Source: Terriglobia bacterium
Lineage (GTDB): Bacteria > Acidobacteriota > Terriglobia > 20CM-2-55-15
Assembly: GCA_965218585.1 (NCBI GenBank)
Contig: CBDCLE010000004.1
Coordinates: 128,001 to 192,000, forward strand
Length of the DNA: 64,000 nt
Reading direction: 5' to 3'
Translations under genes and position numbers: made by a program
Part shown: positions 61,667 to 64,000 of the stretch, one piece after another
How the letters are laid out: the number at the start of each line of letters is the position of its first letter
Position numbering within the stretch: the stretch's first letter is position 1
Notes under the pieces: generated by a model
Seen by the model: only the letters and a program-made list of their open reading frames with translations
Database searches by the model: none
Told to the model about the DNA's origin: nothing

Positions 61667-62938
61667 ATGTCGATTCGATTCCCAGCACTCGTGATCACGC
61701 TACTCGCGCTCGTGCCCTCGACCTTGTGGTCGCAGGCGGCAGACGGCCCCGAGGCGCGCTGGACGATCCTGCACGCCGGCACGGTGCTCCCCGTTCCTGG
61801 AGAGCCACCGCTGACCCGGCAGTCGGTCGTCATCCGTGGCGATCGGGTCGACCGGCTCCTCCCCGGCTATGCGACCGCCGAGTCCCTCGGCCTCGATCCG
61901 GCCGGGGTCGACGTGATCGACCTGACGGAGTATTTCGTCCTGCCGGGCCTCATGGACATGCACGTGCACCTCACCGGCGGAGCGCCCAGCGGGGTTCCGT
62001 CCGAGGCCGCCGACCTGTACCGCCTCACGGGGGGCATCGTCAACGCCCGCCTGACGCTGCGGGCCGGCTACACGACAGTGCGCGACCTCGGCTCGACGGG
62101 ATGGTCGATCTTCGCGCTGCGCGACGGCGTCGAGGCCGGCGATCTCGAGGGCCCGAGGATGTTCGTCGCGGGGCACACGATCCGCAGCTCCGCCAGCGAC
62201 GGCTCGGGATCCTGCTACAGCGTGGAGAGCTGCCGTGAGGCGGTGCGGCGCCAGATTCAGATGGGCGCCGATCTGATCAAGGTCTACGTAACCTGCAGCG
62301 GTACCCAGCCCTGCGCCCACCCGGACGCGCCGGCCCTCTTCCTCAAGGACGAGCTGGTCGCCGCCGTGGAGACGGCCCGGACGCGCGAGCTGAAGGTGGC
62401 GGCACACGCCCATACGACCGCCGGCATCAACCTGGCGCTGGAGGCCGGGGTCGACTCGATCGAGCACGGCTCCTGGCTCGACGAGCGCTCCTACGAGCTC
62501 CTGGGTCAGACCGGCGCCTACCTGGTGCCGACGCTAGCGGTAAAGGAATTCATGCGGCAGAGGCTCGACCAACGATCGCCGGAAGAGCGCGCACGGCTCG
62601 AGGCCTCCATGGTTGAGCACCCGCGGCGGGTCTTCGAAGCCTTCCAGGCCGGCGGCAAGATCGCGTCGGGCAGCGACGCCGGGGGCTCGCGGAATGGCGA
62701 GAATGCGCGCGAGCTCGAAACCTACGTCGACATCGGCCTGACCGAGATGGAAGCGATCGTCACCGCGACGGTCAACGCGGCGGCGCTGTTGGGCGAAGCC
62801 GACCTGGGCACGCTCGAGGCCGGCAAGTTTGCGGACGTCATCGCCGTATCGGAGAACCCGCTCGAGAACATCTCGGCGTTGACCGACGTCGACTTCGTCA
62901 TGAAGGGCGGCACCGTCTACGCGACCCTTCGCGACTGA
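61667..62938 (+). CDS. Secreted metal-dependent amidohydrolase (Xaa-Pro dipeptidase-like)
   Basis: PGLMDMHVH, GYTTVRDLG, GADLIK, VAAHAH, SIEHG, GSDAG, GKFADVIAV; visibly higher GC than its neighbours. Confidence 0.92.
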   Translation: MSIRFPALVITLLALVPSTLWSQAADGPEARWTILHAGTVLPVPGEPPLTRQSVVIRGDRVDRLLPGYATAESLGLDPAGVDVIDLTEYFVLPGLMDMHVHLTGGAPSGVPSEAADLYRLTGGIVNARLTLRAGYTTVRDLGSTGWSIFALRDGVEAGDLEGPRMFVAGHTIRSSASDGSGSCYSVESCREAVRRQIQMGADLIKVYVTCSGTQPCAHPDAPALFLKDELVAAVETARTRELKVAAHAHTTAGINLALEAGVDSIEHGSWLDERSYELLGQTGAYLVPTLAVKEFMRQRLDQRSPEERARLEASMVEHPRRVFEAFQAGGKIASGSDAGGSRNGENARELETYVDIGLTEMEAIVTATVNAAALLGEADLGTLEAGKFADVIAVSENPLENISALTDVDFVMKGGTVYATLRD

Positions 62939-63104
62939 AGGTCAGGCATCGCGTCGGCGAGCAGCTGCGCGTACCCGAAGTACCAGACGAGCACGCCGGC
63001 CGATCATACGCTCGGGGCCGTGTCTCTGATGTTGCTAAACCTGAAAAAGCTGGAGAACTATAGAACGAGCGGGTTGGAAGCGATGATTTGAATCAGCAGG
63101 GTTC

Positions 63105-63138
63105 TCAAGGTCCGAGAAGATGCTTTAACAGGCGTTGA
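63105..63138 (+). repeat. 34-bp lox/dif-like site
   Basis: TCAAGGTCCGAGAA-GATGCT-TTAACAGGCGTTGA followed by GAATCATTTTCA. Confidence 0.8.
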
Positions 63139-63388
63139 GAATCATTTTCACGGTTATTTAAGGTGCTGGTACGCACTCGCCCAGCTCTTGGAACCAGTTC
63201 ACTGACCTGAAGGCGTATCCTATTCACCTCCGCTAGCCTAGCACCGATCCCGCTTCGCGGACGGAGCCCAAATTTCTGCGCGGCTCGGCCATAACAGTTG
63301 TTGTGGAATCCTTCGCTTGAGGGTTCGGGGCTTCGTGGGTCCGCTATGTGGAGCTAGCGTCCTGTAGTTAAAACTCAGTTCGGAGCTC

Positions 63389-63790
63389 TCAGAAATCAGC
63401 CGGTGGAGGTGCGTTGTTGCCGTCCCAATCTTTGACGGTTCCGTCCTGGGCCTTTAGAAATCCCAGAAGACAGCCGTTGGAGCCGTCCCTGTGACGATGG
63501 CAGCGCGCTTTGACAGTGTCACCCGGTTTCACGTATTCGGGCGTGACTCCTATTCTTTCGAGCGCTGGGCGACCGGTTGCTTCCAGCGCCCACATTTGCG
63601 GGTCGCCATTGGTGTCCCTGACTTCCAGGTAGATCCAGGAGTGCGGGACGATCAAGTGAAGTTCCCTGACCACACCTTCAACATCGATAAACGTGTCGAC
63701 GTAGTTGCCGTGGGAGTGGTGTGCCCACACCGGCAGGGCGAGGGCAACGCCACAAATCGCCGCAACGACAAGACCTGGGTTGAACCGCAT
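63389..63790 (-). CDS. DUF6152-family secreted protein
   Basis: AHHSHGNY, PHSWIYL, WALEA, L.RIG, PGD.V. Confidence 0.8.
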   Translation of the reverse strand: MRFNPGLVVAAICGVALALPVWAHHSHGNYVDTFIDVEGVVRELHLIVPHSWIYLEVRDTNGDPQMWALEATGRPALERIGVTPEYVKPGDTVKARCHRHRDGSNGCLLGFLKAQDGTVKDWDGNNAPPPADF

Positions 63791-64000
63791 GCTTACCCTC
63801 CTCGCAATCGATACAGAAAAAGGTTTCACGATTAGCGCTCCGGGCGCCCTTGATCTGCCCGAGGAGTGTCGATCTGACCTTGACCAGGCTGAACCACCGG
63901 GTCGCCCGCACCAGCGATCGGTGGTACCGGGTACACGCCCATACCGTGGTAGGAATTGGAATAAATCATTTGATAGCGAATCCTTTGTCCGTTTCGGTCA

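Noticed and set aside
55363-63150. Repeats as integron attC sites or canonical XerCD dif sites
   Set aside because: They lack RYYYAAC/GTTRRRY ends and a long bottom-strand hairpin, and have no TTATGTTAAAT-like XerD arm; no integron integrase is present.

Overview
Bacterial chromosomal segment (possibly Acidobacteriota-like, inferred only from gene content such as three DUF6152 paralogs and the futalosine pathway). It opens with core genes (gyrB end, gyrA, mqnA, mqnC) and an aldo/keto reductase cut by an IS701-family element at ~5.55 kb. About 48 kb of heavily eroded accessory DNA follows. This includes an integrated plasmid remnant (split repA, iterons, mobC-like pseudogene, type Ib parA-parB-like pair, one solitary type I-C CRISPR repeat) and a decaying defence island (DUF2791 ATPase + Lhr-like helicase, OLD-like nuclease, SIR2 fragment, MazEF, type III R-M with mod split by an IS3). 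There are many IS elements or fragments (IS3, IS110/IS1111, IS701, IS1182, IS256, IS21, IS1380, Tn3 stubs). All four IS110-family elements carry guide-like segments in their non-coding ends that match their own flanking DNA. The last ~10 kb is a run of secreted and catabolic genes. It is punctuated by six copies of a lox/dif-like quasi-palindrome (full copies 34 bp, TCAACGTCCGAGAA-N6-TTnnnnGnnnnTGA), which suggests a recombinase-site-delimited gene cassette array. This is the most novel-looking signal in the window, but no cognate recombinase is visible here. All family assignments come from motif recognition by eye, not database searches.
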